From a virus, in the IMG/VR virus record IMGVR_UViG_3300035698_011044, positions 23,554 through 87,553 of that record: DNA of 64,000 nucleotides; one strand, 5' to 3'. Below the pieces are notes generated by a model. The model was not told the origin of the DNA, made no database searches, and saw nothing but the letters and a program-made list of their open reading frames with translations. This document shows, one piece after another, positions 47,601 to 54,437 of the stretch (position 1 is its first letter; the number at the start of each line of letters is the position of its first letter). The position numbers were made by a program, and so were the translations under genes.

Positions 47601-50600
47601 TTCAGGATCAACCATGCTTTTGTCAGCAATAAGAGAGATTTCACCAAAACCCTCAAACCCTATATCTTTTTGAACTATAGCCAAACTTGGAAGTGGTATT
47701 CCGCCAACCTCATCAATAAAAACGATGCTATTTTCATCAAGATTATGCATAGCGACAAGATCTTTTTCCTTCGGCTGAGGTTTTGCCATCTTCTCTTTGA
47801 TAACTCCTATGTATTCGTCCGGATTAGTTCGGCGAGCAAACATGAGATCGACCTCATCTACATCCTCGCCAATATTTGCTCCAAAGTCAAATCCAGAATC
47901 AGCCGTATCCGCCTCCACCTTTTTAGGAGAACGCTTCTCTTCAGCCTTGCCTTGAATGTCTTTGGCTACATCGTATCTCTCTTTGGCGGAAAGGTTCATG
48001 TTAATCAAAACCTGTTCACCAATTTCTGATCTTAACTTACGGGCATAAGAGCTACCCTCTTTGCCTTTTTTGATTGCAGAAATAGCGGCTCTAATTTGCG
48101 ATTTAGGAATATCGTACAAGTCGGAAAGATCCTGGGAGTCTAAGGATGCAATAACAGTTTCAAATTCTTTTTGGAGAGTTGGGAAGTCGGTAGGTTTTCC
48201 GGTTGCTGCCCATTTGGCAAGGCGATTCTTTTCGGCCTCTACGTTTCTTGTGGAACTGTCCCTGTACTTACTTAGCTCTGCACGAAGAGCAGTGTGAAGA
48301 GCTTTGGATCTAACGTAAGCATCAGAATCTTTTAGGCCCTTCTTTTCAAGCTTGGCCATATTATCTGATTGTGCAACCCGCTCAAGTTGAGCAGCGTCAT
48401 ACTTCGCCTCCCTATTCAGCGCTTGGTATTCTTTTGTAAATGATATGGCACGACCGCCAGTGTACTTCTCTGCGATAATATTAGTAGCGCCGAACTCGTG
48501 GATCTCTTTGGTCCGGCGTTCTTCGCCTACTTTACGTTCTTTTTCGGGAACTTTACGCTCGGCATCGGAAGTCCCTTCGCCTTGATCAGGTCCTCTACGC
48601 TCTTGTACGTTTTTCCGCCGTAAGATATCTTTACGTTTTGCAACTTGTTCATCTTCAGATCTCCCTTCGTTGGCTATTCTAATTAGCTCTTCAGTCTTGG
48701 GTGTTCCAATAACGTCCTGTATATTAGAATAGCTCTTTTTTAGTTTTTTGTCAATAACAAAAGAATTTTTACCTACACTTTTTTTACTCGACTTGAGCAA
48801 AAGATCTGCTGTAGGGAAATCCTCAGCAATAGCCATGCTGACTCCAAATGGTATTTCTTTACCGTCTGGGGTAGTTAGCGTTATGCTATTGGTGGCCTCG
48901 TGAATCTCTGCCATGTCTTTATTGAATTTCTCAATATTGTTAGGCGGGATTCTAAACGTAGGCCGGTTTTCGTCACCCCCAACATGGAAACCATGATGCC
49001 CTCTTTTCTCAAGTTCGGAATGAAAATGTTTCATCATAGATTTAGCAATCTTATCACCAAATTCCTGTCCCCATGCATCGTTAAGAATTTTAAAGTCATT
49101 AAAATCATAAGAACCATAGACGACATGATTACCATCCTCGTCTCTATTGTTGTTAGCTTCATGTTTGCGTTGCTCGCTAACCCAGTGTAATTGCCCATCA
49201 AGTCCCGAGATGGGATGTCTGCCAGCGACATCAGCCATCTCGACAACAACATCAGAAACATCAACCCCTTCTTCTTTGAGTCTTACAATGGATGGCATTC
49301 CCTCTATTTCCAAAGCGACTTCTTCCAGCCCTCGATTCTCATCTACAATAGGCTTTCCATCAGGAGACATCTTTAGGTCAGCCTGGGCATTGTTTTGGTC
49401 TGCATTTACCTCGACTGAAATTCCAGGAGCAACTTTTTCAGCTTTAGATATCTGGGCATTAACAACTTCAGCCCGCTTGTCGCTTTCGTTTAAACCTTCC
49501 GGCATCTCTGCAACTTCACCGGTAAGCTCAACGCCCTCAGTTTCGTCTTCAGCTACCTGATACAAATTGGTTACAATATCCTGTTCTTCTTCGGAGAGGG
49601 TGGGGAATATCTCCTCGCGTTGAGTCTCGGGGAGATTCTGGAAGGACTTCATAGCTTCGGCAGCTTGGTCATCATCCATATCCTCAAAAGCTTTTGCGCG
49701 GTCGTCTGCGGGGAGTAGGAATACGTTGGCCTCATCAAGCTCAACTTCTGCTTCAGGTTTAGCTTCGACTTGTTTTGTGACTGGAATACTCTGGGTTTCG
49801 TCAAGTCTTTTCTGGGCTTCGATATCACCTTTTTGTGCAGCCTGGGCAAGGTCAAAAACGTCTTGGTCTGAGAGAGGTTTCTTCTCTTCCGCAGGAACAA
49901 TCTTCTCAGCTTCTTTGGGTCCAGGAAGAACAGCTTTTGTAGGGTCAACTTTTTCTTCCGGAGCAATCTCTGGAGCGACTTCTTTTTTCCCAACCTTTGC
50001 ACGCCTAGCAGCCTTAACACTGCCGGCACCGAGTCCGAGAGCAGAAAGGATGAGCATTTGAGGAGCTGCTGAACTCATCTCCTCACCCATGTTTTTCATC
50101 TCACCCCAAACTATCTCGCCGAGATCTTTTTCCGAAAGTCCCTCAGCTTGCATTCCAAGCTCTGTGCCAAGATCGGTAATAATGCGCTGAACACCTTCTT
50201 CTGAAACTTCCTTAATAAAATCTTTTCCTTTTTCTTTTGCAAGTTTAACCAGAGTTTTCTTGAGTCCTTCACGAACCATTCCCTCGGTTAATTTTGAACC
50301 AACATTTGCAAGCTGTCCAAGCTGAAGTCTTTCAATGGAGGCGTATATTATACCGGTAACTGGAGCAATTTGTTTTGCTGTTTCATGGCTCACGCCAGCA
50401 TCGATCATGTCTGCATAGGTATCTCCAGCACCTTGCTTTGCCCACTCATTAAGTGACCATGCAGTACCAAGGATTGGGACAGCACTTTTAACTCCAGTAA
50501 GAACCATCGGAGAAAGCATTCTTACCGTATCAGCGTAAAGTTTTCCCAAACCTTTTTCGTCAAGAGTTTGAGCTCCCATTAAGGCTTCAAAGCGACCCTT

Positions 50601-51947
50601 TAGTTCGATAGCCTGCTTTGCACCCTCTTCATCGTCAGCAAGAACTCTCTCGGCAATATGCTTGGATAACACAAATCCAATCCGGCCTTGCTCCCACGCT
50701 TGGTAGGTTTTGTTGTCTGATTTTTGCAATGCTTTCATATCCTGCTCAATATTATACGACCTAAGTTCTGCGGGATCGAGAACCTCTGCAACTTTCAATA
50801 AGTGAGATGTAACACTTTCTCGGTCATATTTCTCACGAGCACCTTTTGCCCCGACTTCTCGAAGATAAGTATTGATAGCTTGAGTAGTTTCTGCGTCAGA
50901 TGGAATGCTCTCCGATTCAGGGAAATTATTTTCACTATAAATCGGATTGCCATCAGAATCAAATTCCATTCCTTCGAGAACAATGCCATATTCTTTCGCG
51001 AGTTGCTCACCTTTTTTGTATCGTTCTTCATATCCTTTTAAAACACCTTGCCTATTACCTTTCTTGTCTTCTCTCAAGAAATGGTTGAGGTCATCGGTCA
51101 TTGTCGCACCGCCGTCTCCTGACGCATCAAGAAGCGTGGTTATGCGCTCGCTAAGCTTGGGTTCATTGTCTTTGCCGTAAGTAACATCTGCAGGTTTTAG
51201 ATTAAGTAATTCAGAGATCTTTTTTCCATTGCTGTATTTGTCTGCATACTCACCCTGTCGAGGAGCCTGGGCTTGGATTGACTTTTTCCAGTCTTTAGGC
51301 TTAAGTATCGTTTCTCCGATAGATGCGCCTGTCCTGATAGCCTCACCCCACATTGGACTCGCAGAGTTAAGCATGCTAATCTTCTCTTTTATTGAAGATT
51401 GATCAACAATGGGATACTCTGAAATTTTGATCTCTTGCTCTTCTGTAGGCAAATCTTTTATTGACTTTGCAATAGTGATATAATCAACGTCGCCACGGAC
51501 AACTTCGGCTGGTTTTGATACATCTTTTGGTAGATTGACGCTATAGGCAGCATCAGCAAAAGGCTCTTCAGGCTTAAGCTCTGGAACTTGCGGCTGGGAT
51601 AATGGCTGACTAGGTGTTTGGCTCTCGAAAGATACGGGGTCTATCCCGCCACCAGCGACAGGTTCAACAGGCTCATCCTCAAAGTCCATTTGTCCTACAG
51701 GGATGTTTACCGGTCCAGCGCCAATAGGTTCTGGCTCTTCCTTAATGGGAGTGTTCCAGAGGTCGTCAAACGTCAGCGAAGATGAGGCTGTAGTTGGAGC
51801 CGGCAATGGAGCTGGAGCTGCAACAGGAGCAAGAGATGGGGCTGGAGCTTGTAGTTGAGCAAACGGATCTATCGGGGCTGGAGCTGTTGCCTCCGGAATA
51901 GGTTCTGTAGAAGCTGGTGCATTCCAAAGATCATCAAAAGTTACCAT
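38661..51947 (-). CDS. giant polyvalent protein (GGDEF-like, HExxH peptidase, two ART-like domains, other modules)
   Basis: 4428-aa open frame; DFNDFKILND..G...GD...GGDEN; AHEVSH...EE; two VVYHGT...FYFT...G(Y/F)DG...QIKSAT domains; IEEIQSDW module. Confidence 0.85.
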   Translation of the reverse strand: MVTFDDLWNAPASTEPIPEATAPAPIDPFAQLQAPAPSLAPVAAPAPLPAPTTASSSLTFDDLWNTPIKEEPEPIGAGPVNIPVGQMDFEDEPVEPVAGGGIDPVSFESQTPSQPLSQPQVPELKPEEPFADAAYSVNLPKDVSKPAEVVRGDVDYITIAKSIKDLPTEEQEIKISEYPIVDQSSIKEKISMLNSASPMWGEAIRTGASIGETILKPKDWKKSIQAQAPRQGEYADKYSNGKKISELLNLKPADVTYGKDNEPKLSERITTLLDASGDGGATMTDDLNHFLREDKKGNRQGVLKGYEERYKKGEQLAKEYGIVLEGMEFDSDGNPIYSENNFPESESIPSDAETTQAINTYLREVGAKGAREKYDRESVTSHLLKVAEVLDPAELRSYNIEQDMKALQKSDNKTYQAWEQGRIGFVLSKHIAERVLADDEEGAKQAIELKGRFEALMGAQTLDEKGLGKLYADTVRMLSPMVLTGVKSAVPILGTAWSLNEWAKQGAGDTYADMIDAGVSHETAKQIAPVTGIIYASIERLQLGQLANVGSKLTEGMVREGLKKTLVKLAKEKGKDFIKEVSEEGVQRIITDLGTELGMQAEGLSEKDLGEIVWGEMKNMGEEMSSAAPQMLILSALGLGAGSVKAARRAKVGKKEVAPEIAPEEKVDPTKAVLPGPKEAEKIVPAEEKKPLSDQDVFDLAQAAQKGDIEAQKRLDETQSIPVTKQVEAKPEAEVELDEANVFLLPADDRAKAFEDMDDDQAAEAMKSFQNLPETQREEIFPTLSEEEQDIVTNLYQVAEDETEGVELTGEVAEMPEGLNESDKRAEVVNAQISKAEKVAPGISVEVNADQNNAQADLKMSPDGKPIVDENRGLEEVALEIEGMPSIVRLKEEGVDVSDVVVEMADVAGRHPISGLDGQLHWVSEQRKHEANNNRDEDGNHVVYGSYDFNDFKILNDAWGQEFGDKIAKSMMKHFHSELEKRGHHGFHVGGDENRPTFRIPPNNIEKFNKDMAEIHEATNSITLTTPDGKEIPFGVSMAIAEDFPTADLLLKSSKKSVGKNSFVIDKKLKKSYSNIQDVIGTPKTEELIRIANEGRSEDEQVAKRKDILRRKNVQERRGPDQGEGTSDAERKVPEKERKVGEERRTKEIHEFGATNIIAEKYTGGRAISFTKEYQALNREAKYDAAQLERVAQSDNMAKLEKKGLKDSDAYVRSKALHTALRAELSKYRDSSTRNVEAEKNRLAKWAATGKPTDFPTLQKEFETVIASLDSQDLSDLYDIPKSQIRAAISAIKKGKEGSSYARKLRSEIGEQVLINMNLSAKERYDVAKDIQGKAEEKRSPKKVEADTADSGFDFGANIGEDVDEVDLMFARRTNPDEYIGVIKEKMAKPQPKEKDLVAMHNLDENSIVFIDEVGGIPLPSLAIVQKDIGFEGFGEISLIADKSMVDPEFVKVFDADIYSPRSPKIEYKLNNKESNDFSLKLSEARLKYEMTTGESSLEEHIRNSDKKMFLRSVGYDESFRGMFLEDNNVSVRVATSPAHLRGFLTGMPSIVSYIKNLVKTEKVDSSNEDRIRKELYDVAVKATEEYADDRVKTLMESGETRERVLEANRKHYLKLAQDMLNRDSLDGIVYYNFLAEALDDYKTISQKKKTLDRRKTVDRIDRAVKKLGKDKFEEWALDIADKIFVEPHYKKGRKKVDFSLNSAIDIMLGQAITGSENTMTTSVAKARSRGAKRFKNLDEMRKAKERIVESKAFDKLKDASNDRFFDLSDKVKENYKYYHKDSFSTYHLDDLSKSIYDYYTGSGKGRSAMERSLKKNDFSNISDSDIDDIVSFATDLQNMPTEYFEAKIQRGVRLSEFSGAVIPKGTSQKVKDILAMNDVPFVQYDSRKDGDRTKKVQKISKAADVFFKKDLLEDSTGDLFEGTEYGDERSKTQKEVDQYLKDNKGGTANISGLPLFEGGAGIVDGAEQVSLFRKSFPAGDVTYINDTYEKSVSIIPKSEFGRIRVKFADQFEAVVRDENGKLTKKTFKLGKDNKAAVLMPKTGPITIYLSNKLSAEEVARYYAHEVSHIGLKNLLKTSPKHKAKMEKAFKAAKNTRVMKQVLKAYSDKTVHFEEFWVKSIEDALASPDKKGLSKTILDIWYDFLNSIGVDIKDSEQMTRLIIKEMQKAGVEKSATEVARENDVRLAKNDAVRIATILPPADFEELSSIPIRHGSSVEFRESLVAKYGTRSTFRKKATQAELAKLDDMAEKENTPDHLNQYLKEKSDWRKKVEKWESEYPADKPINIAGDSYYNIITPRNDGDGWRVTNILKEDMMPSGHQNYATRLEALKETLKPSRVPVNTLFAVVPQVDSKAFKNWFGDSKVVDENGEPVVVYHGTGTTITEFGEGFTGQGNNQLGSGFYFTTKKSEAEGYQTGKLQDPRTGKLMDKPGGEDSPNVMDAFLSIQKPIIVSGSNLRESDVDLTQEDAAALLRMAPDIMHKEESPLGDWHEEYWDEGPQDWMIDQVAENYTGASLMSLEGDFFGDDSTEFREAVNKVLGYDGVVMDFGDDHKHYVAWFPTQIKSATDNVGTFEETNPDIRFAEREKVDPFFSPTEQKISELKQEKGVVAQIKSMIKKEQLKKAEIEWMGLNEWLDENPKATKTEVLDFVKSNQVTVEETVLDEGLTTMPTLESVTDDLYKEALSPGLADGEYWFDEMQSQKMKVADDIRESVIEKESDDGETVWTLKHNNVTRNVDDDPLDMDSDELVELFDISDEDIFELIPKDVIEQGARYIAENEAPDILESRREEFRENREEGLTEHGSYVLPGGTNYKEVLFRMPITTKPLPADVRVVMNSDNDRYYVLAKNHVALGTGVTKEEALENARENHKETAYKSGHWEQPNVFAHARLNDRVTPDGERVLFIEEIQSDWARDIRKRGVQKDLEKLLDKEEKELRELNRRTWDGPELSKEEKEHQKILKDKVGKSLQEKSLDAKGIKPFPHRRAWHEYVLKNILRKAADEGYDRVAWINGKQTADRYSLEKKIDHVRVNPKEGGRDVYILMDNNSDFSFSLDKDGKITESSMVGSTVGRTIDQVVGKKIAKKIMDAKGESKLEGEDLKMGGEWAVNLYDKTIPNFLNKYAKKWGNKVEDVMLGNTDQQSISLSGNMAYDLQYAGQPMFAKTSDDQTETPAFKKWFKDSKVVNKSGEPVVVYHGTGNGITEFSLAKAKDLEGRRRGLGLGARKFYFTGSEKSASLFAEGAPNRKLGKTPNVMPVYLSVENPISEKLYKERFKDLTGKEMFDPDLTRQERDKAIKSLDTQIKKDGFDGIVEEFPDGTFGQIAVFESNQIKSATGNIGTFDAESPDIRFAKIADDKDGEKKTSRKKAVPKPIPTISQVDKIEKAARSLRSKLRYVSDEVLGQRAEMEVEMLNYSADLQEKLTNMIYDYAKKIGLRGEPRNRVDTLMKNVKTVSAFRKALETMDVVLYKRQNSVLKKQVMKRIMAERMRLKRLEGKTRQSRTDLNSNRKLKAYLMALTDATPKDLDNVEKTLNWYIENPNRAMDSAIANDLRKTFKATLNDMDNDQLRQVVKNINEIKIDGYTKKQREETEKQEMLAEDAEKAVKEIEAITDPPEYKSGFKKSVEGRKRRNWLKKFAWDHVRPERMNDLLVGYNEDSVFKRNVFDKILEAEEAQLVNTEVAVKEFQKIHAGIDVAKALSEPYMELTYETVDDTGKGLKEKIQLTLNQMMFIYANSKNPGNRSHLYGSGIYDSVIEEVLDKLPAKHRKSVDDMIDYFDNTQYDRVGAVFAREHDVDMPKEHNYFPISNLQTDRAENAVAADLLARFTSRQASIKKGMTKSRVNSKAAFAELDYFGTTVKSIRQSEHYIAYNDIVRDVNQFLNKTEVKKAMDDRNTEYSLQLNDWLRAAAYGRIGASENVLDQASDWLRNKYMTYALGFNLITVAKQPASFFQGSKEVNKGALAHSIRKYATGRSAQEAFVKEKSVMMRNRATSYEREMAEMAEKKLIPEALGISKSELKQMKQDGTPINEKTLLQRTKMAKDKAVDALEKVREFSMSFITKADMMTTTILWYGKYHEVMAKSGNEKTAIKAANSVIRRTQPMGGLVHLPAIYRGNGLARAYTVFTNQLNQDANMLIDYKQTTGKRDIGQNLLHASLLALLPATYMYWISSALRPPWEDPEGFAKFFVSQFTGGFAIGNRMVDSVMMGITNATIKARGGKVDYGSAEMLLNLLPPSLGPVEDAALSIAQHNPKKAFRSFMKISGQGYPAVKKLIVGGMRVSKVYTKEGEKLSTWEKIKEHRALVYSKYVMDKDPSIAGAMKKRLERSTKWEDRVAFKEWYKKLSPEKRLKFRKEYGLKEFAKDYTKINKYLSKNLGQGKTKSGKSVKTNFQVRLSNAQKKRKSGEYTLKEYQDKRKEILEDQKKFVKKMRKGK

Positions 51948-51998
51948 CTTTTTTTCCCTTTATTTTTATAGTACATCATAATCAGTTCGCTGTTGTTA

Positions 51999-53198
51999 TT
52001 ATCTTACTATATAGCCTGCCTGTTTAAGCATTTCTATTGCAGCAGTACGATCAGTCGTTTTCGCCTTAATCGCATTAAGCACCTTCTCGTGTTCTGGATT
52101 GTTAGGATCAAAAGGAATCGGAGCGCTTGGCTGAGGAACTCCAGCATTTGCACCAGGACCAGGAGCCTGTATAGGATTCGGAGCCTCGGTTTCTGCGTCA
52201 TCTGCCAATCCGGAAAACTTCAATGTCTGGCCTTTTTTGAGTGTTCCAAGCTTTGACCACTCTTGCTTGTTTGCAAGACTATTTAGTAGTTCAATTTTAT
52301 TTTCCAGTAAGACTTTAGCCTTGTGGTCTACTTCTGGAACAATCATCTCGAATGAATTAGGGTCAATAGTAGGATCTGGATTCAATACTTTTTTAAGCGC
52401 TTCTTTGGCTTTGGATGCCTGCAACTGATAGTCTCCAACTTGCTTGTCAATAATGCGCCGTTTCTCAGCCCTAGCAGCACCATCTTTCTCTTCCTGCATA
52501 GCCATTGTCTGGTAGCGAAGAGCTATCATTTGGTGCTTGTACCACTCGTTTGTCTCACTAGCATTCTTCTGTTTTAGGATATCTGCGCTAGAAGGATACT
52601 TGTTCATTGAAGACTGAACATCTGGTCTAAGCTGAACTCCTGGGGCAGCACTAAAAACCTTCGGAGCAATATCTTCATAGATTGTCCCCCTTGGAGCTTG
52701 GCTCATAATTTGAGCCTGCTTAGTCTGACCCTCTTGGATCTTAAGTTCTTTAGCCTTTTTGTCTGAAACTGCCTTTTGCTCTAAATATTTCCCAATACCA
52801 GTAGTCATGGATTGGTAATATTGATAAGGCTTAAATTGACCAGTAGCCATGTCATAAGAAAGCTCTTGTGGAGGAATCCACATTTTAATTTCTTCTCCAA
52901 AAGTTTTAACAGCATCATCATAAACTAGCTTGACTCCACGCTCACCTTTTGCTAAAATATTCTCAAATTCTTTTTTCATTTTACGGTTATGCACTTGTTT
53001 TTGAGCAATCCGTATTCCGTCCTCCATGCTACTAAAAACATTCCCGCCTGCAATTATACTTCCAGCCTTGGAGTTGTACTTAAGCTTAGGCGCAGGTGGA
53101 ATCTGCAAAGATTCTGCTATAGTGCTTGTTGGATATTTCTGCTCTGCAAAAAATTCTTGTGTATGCTCTGGATTATCTTTTAGATATGGATTTGCCAT
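51999..53198 (-). CDS. hypothetical helical protein, possible internal virion protein
   Basis: Position before the giant gene; Ala/Gln/Lys-rich. Confidence 0.55.
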   Translation of the reverse strand: MANPYLKDNPEHTQEFFAEQKYPTSTIAESLQIPPAPKLKYNSKAGSIIAGGNVFSSMEDGIRIAQKQVHNRKMKKEFENILAKGERGVKLVYDDAVKTFGEEIKMWIPPQELSYDMATGQFKPYQYYQSMTTGIGKYLEQKAVSDKKAKELKIQEGQTKQAQIMSQAPRGTIYEDIAPKVFSAAPGVQLRPDVQSSMNKYPSSADILKQKNASETNEWYKHQMIALRYQTMAMQEEKDGAARAEKRRIIDKQVGDYQLQASKAKEALKKVLNPDPTIDPNSFEMIVPEVDHKAKVLLENKIELLNSLANKQEWSKLGTLKKGQTLKFSGLADDAETEAPNPIQAPGPGANAGVPQPSAPIPFDPNNPEHEKVLNAIKAKTTDRTAAIEMLKQAGYIVR

Positions 53199-53201
53199 TT
53201 C

Positions 53202-54419
53202 TTATGCTCCTCTAAACATTTTCATTCTATCACTCACTCTACCCTTTTCAGCTCCACCTGCAGCTAAAAAGGCATCCATTATTTGTGATCGTCTTTCTTT
53301 CGCAGAAGTAATCTTCTTTTGTTTACTTTCCTTGTCTCTAGTTTCTCTCTTTGCCCTAATCGCTTTTCTTCCTAGCTTCTTTTCATCAAGGTACTTCTTG
53401 TATTTAGCAGCTTTAATTGTATCCTTCTTTATTGTCCACTGTTTCAACACGCGCTCATACTCTTCTCTGGCCTTGCGCCTATTTTCAGCATCTTCCTTCT
53501 CAGCTTTACCAAATCCCGAAACACCACTCACAAGTCCACCAAGAGCTCCAACAACAGTTCCAATAACAGTTCCCCATCCAGGAAGAACTGACGATCCGAT
53601 TTTAGCCCCTTTTATTGCTCCCTCACCTCCCTTGTGGTGAGCATACTCAAACATCCCTGGATGCTTTTTAGTGGCAGCCGCACCAATACCAACAAAAGGA
53701 TTGCCAAGTCCAGCAGCTACAGCAGAATACCCCTTTATATTTTTATCTTTAGAAAGAGCTCCGCCAGTAAGAGAGGCGTCAACTAAAGAACCTGTTACAG
53801 TAGGCATATTATCAAGATAAGTTTCGATCTCTGGTCTCGTCTCAATATCATTAGGATTCATCCAGTATTTGCCTTCATTTTTCCAATCTTCCATATCCTT
53901 TTCGTAGGTATCTATAGCTTCCTGAGCTTTTTTAGCAACAATATTAGTTACCATTGATCCACCAATCTTAAGCGCTCCACCAGCATCAAGACCACCTTCG
54001 CCACCAATAATGCCACCCTTACCATCTTCCGACCCACTATCTGTTCTGCTATCTTGGATACGCGCCATAGCCCTTTGAAGAAAATTCATATCATCATAAG
54101 TCTGACCACTAGCAAATCCTTTTGCTTCATCACTTTCTCCAAAAGTAATCGCTTTGCCCATATCTTTAGAAAAAGATCCACCAAGTTCGGGAGTATCTCC
54201 ACCAGATTCATCTAATCGATTATTTATTAGCGAATTACCACCACCAAAAAGACGGTATCCAGGATCATCTTTTTGGTAAAAATTTTGCCCATAGAAACTT
54301 TGCCCAGCGTTGGGATCTGGCGCATTTCCTCCAATAGTATTTGTAGTAACCTTACTGAGCTCTTCTGGGTCATATCCCTTCGGATACACAGACCCTAATC
54401 TACTGTAATCCATAGCCAT
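53202..54419 (-). CDS. glycine-zipper protein, probable DNA ejection/pilot protein
   Basis: GAKIGSSVLPGWGTVIGTVVGALGGLVSG followed by a charged coil. Confidence 0.6.
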   Translation of the reverse strand: MAMDYSRLGSVYPKGYDPEELSKVTTNTIGGNAPDPNAGQSFYGQNFYQKDDPGYRLFGGGNSLINNRLDESGGDTPELGGSFSKDMGKAITFGESDEAKGFASGQTYDDMNFLQRAMARIQDSRTDSGSEDGKGGIIGGEGGLDAGGALKIGGSMVTNIVAKKAQEAIDTYEKDMEDWKNEGKYWMNPNDIETRPEIETYLDNMPTVTGSLVDASLTGGALSKDKNIKGYSAVAAGLGNPFVGIGAAATKKHPGMFEYAHHKGGEGAIKGAKIGSSVLPGWGTVIGTVVGALGGLVSGVSGFGKAEKEDAENRRKAREEYERVLKQWTIKKDTIKAAKYKKYLDEKKLGRKAIRAKRETRDKESKQKKITSAKERRSQIMDAFLAAGGAEKGRVSDRMKMFRGA

Positions 54420-54437
54420 ATTTATCTCCTCTATATA

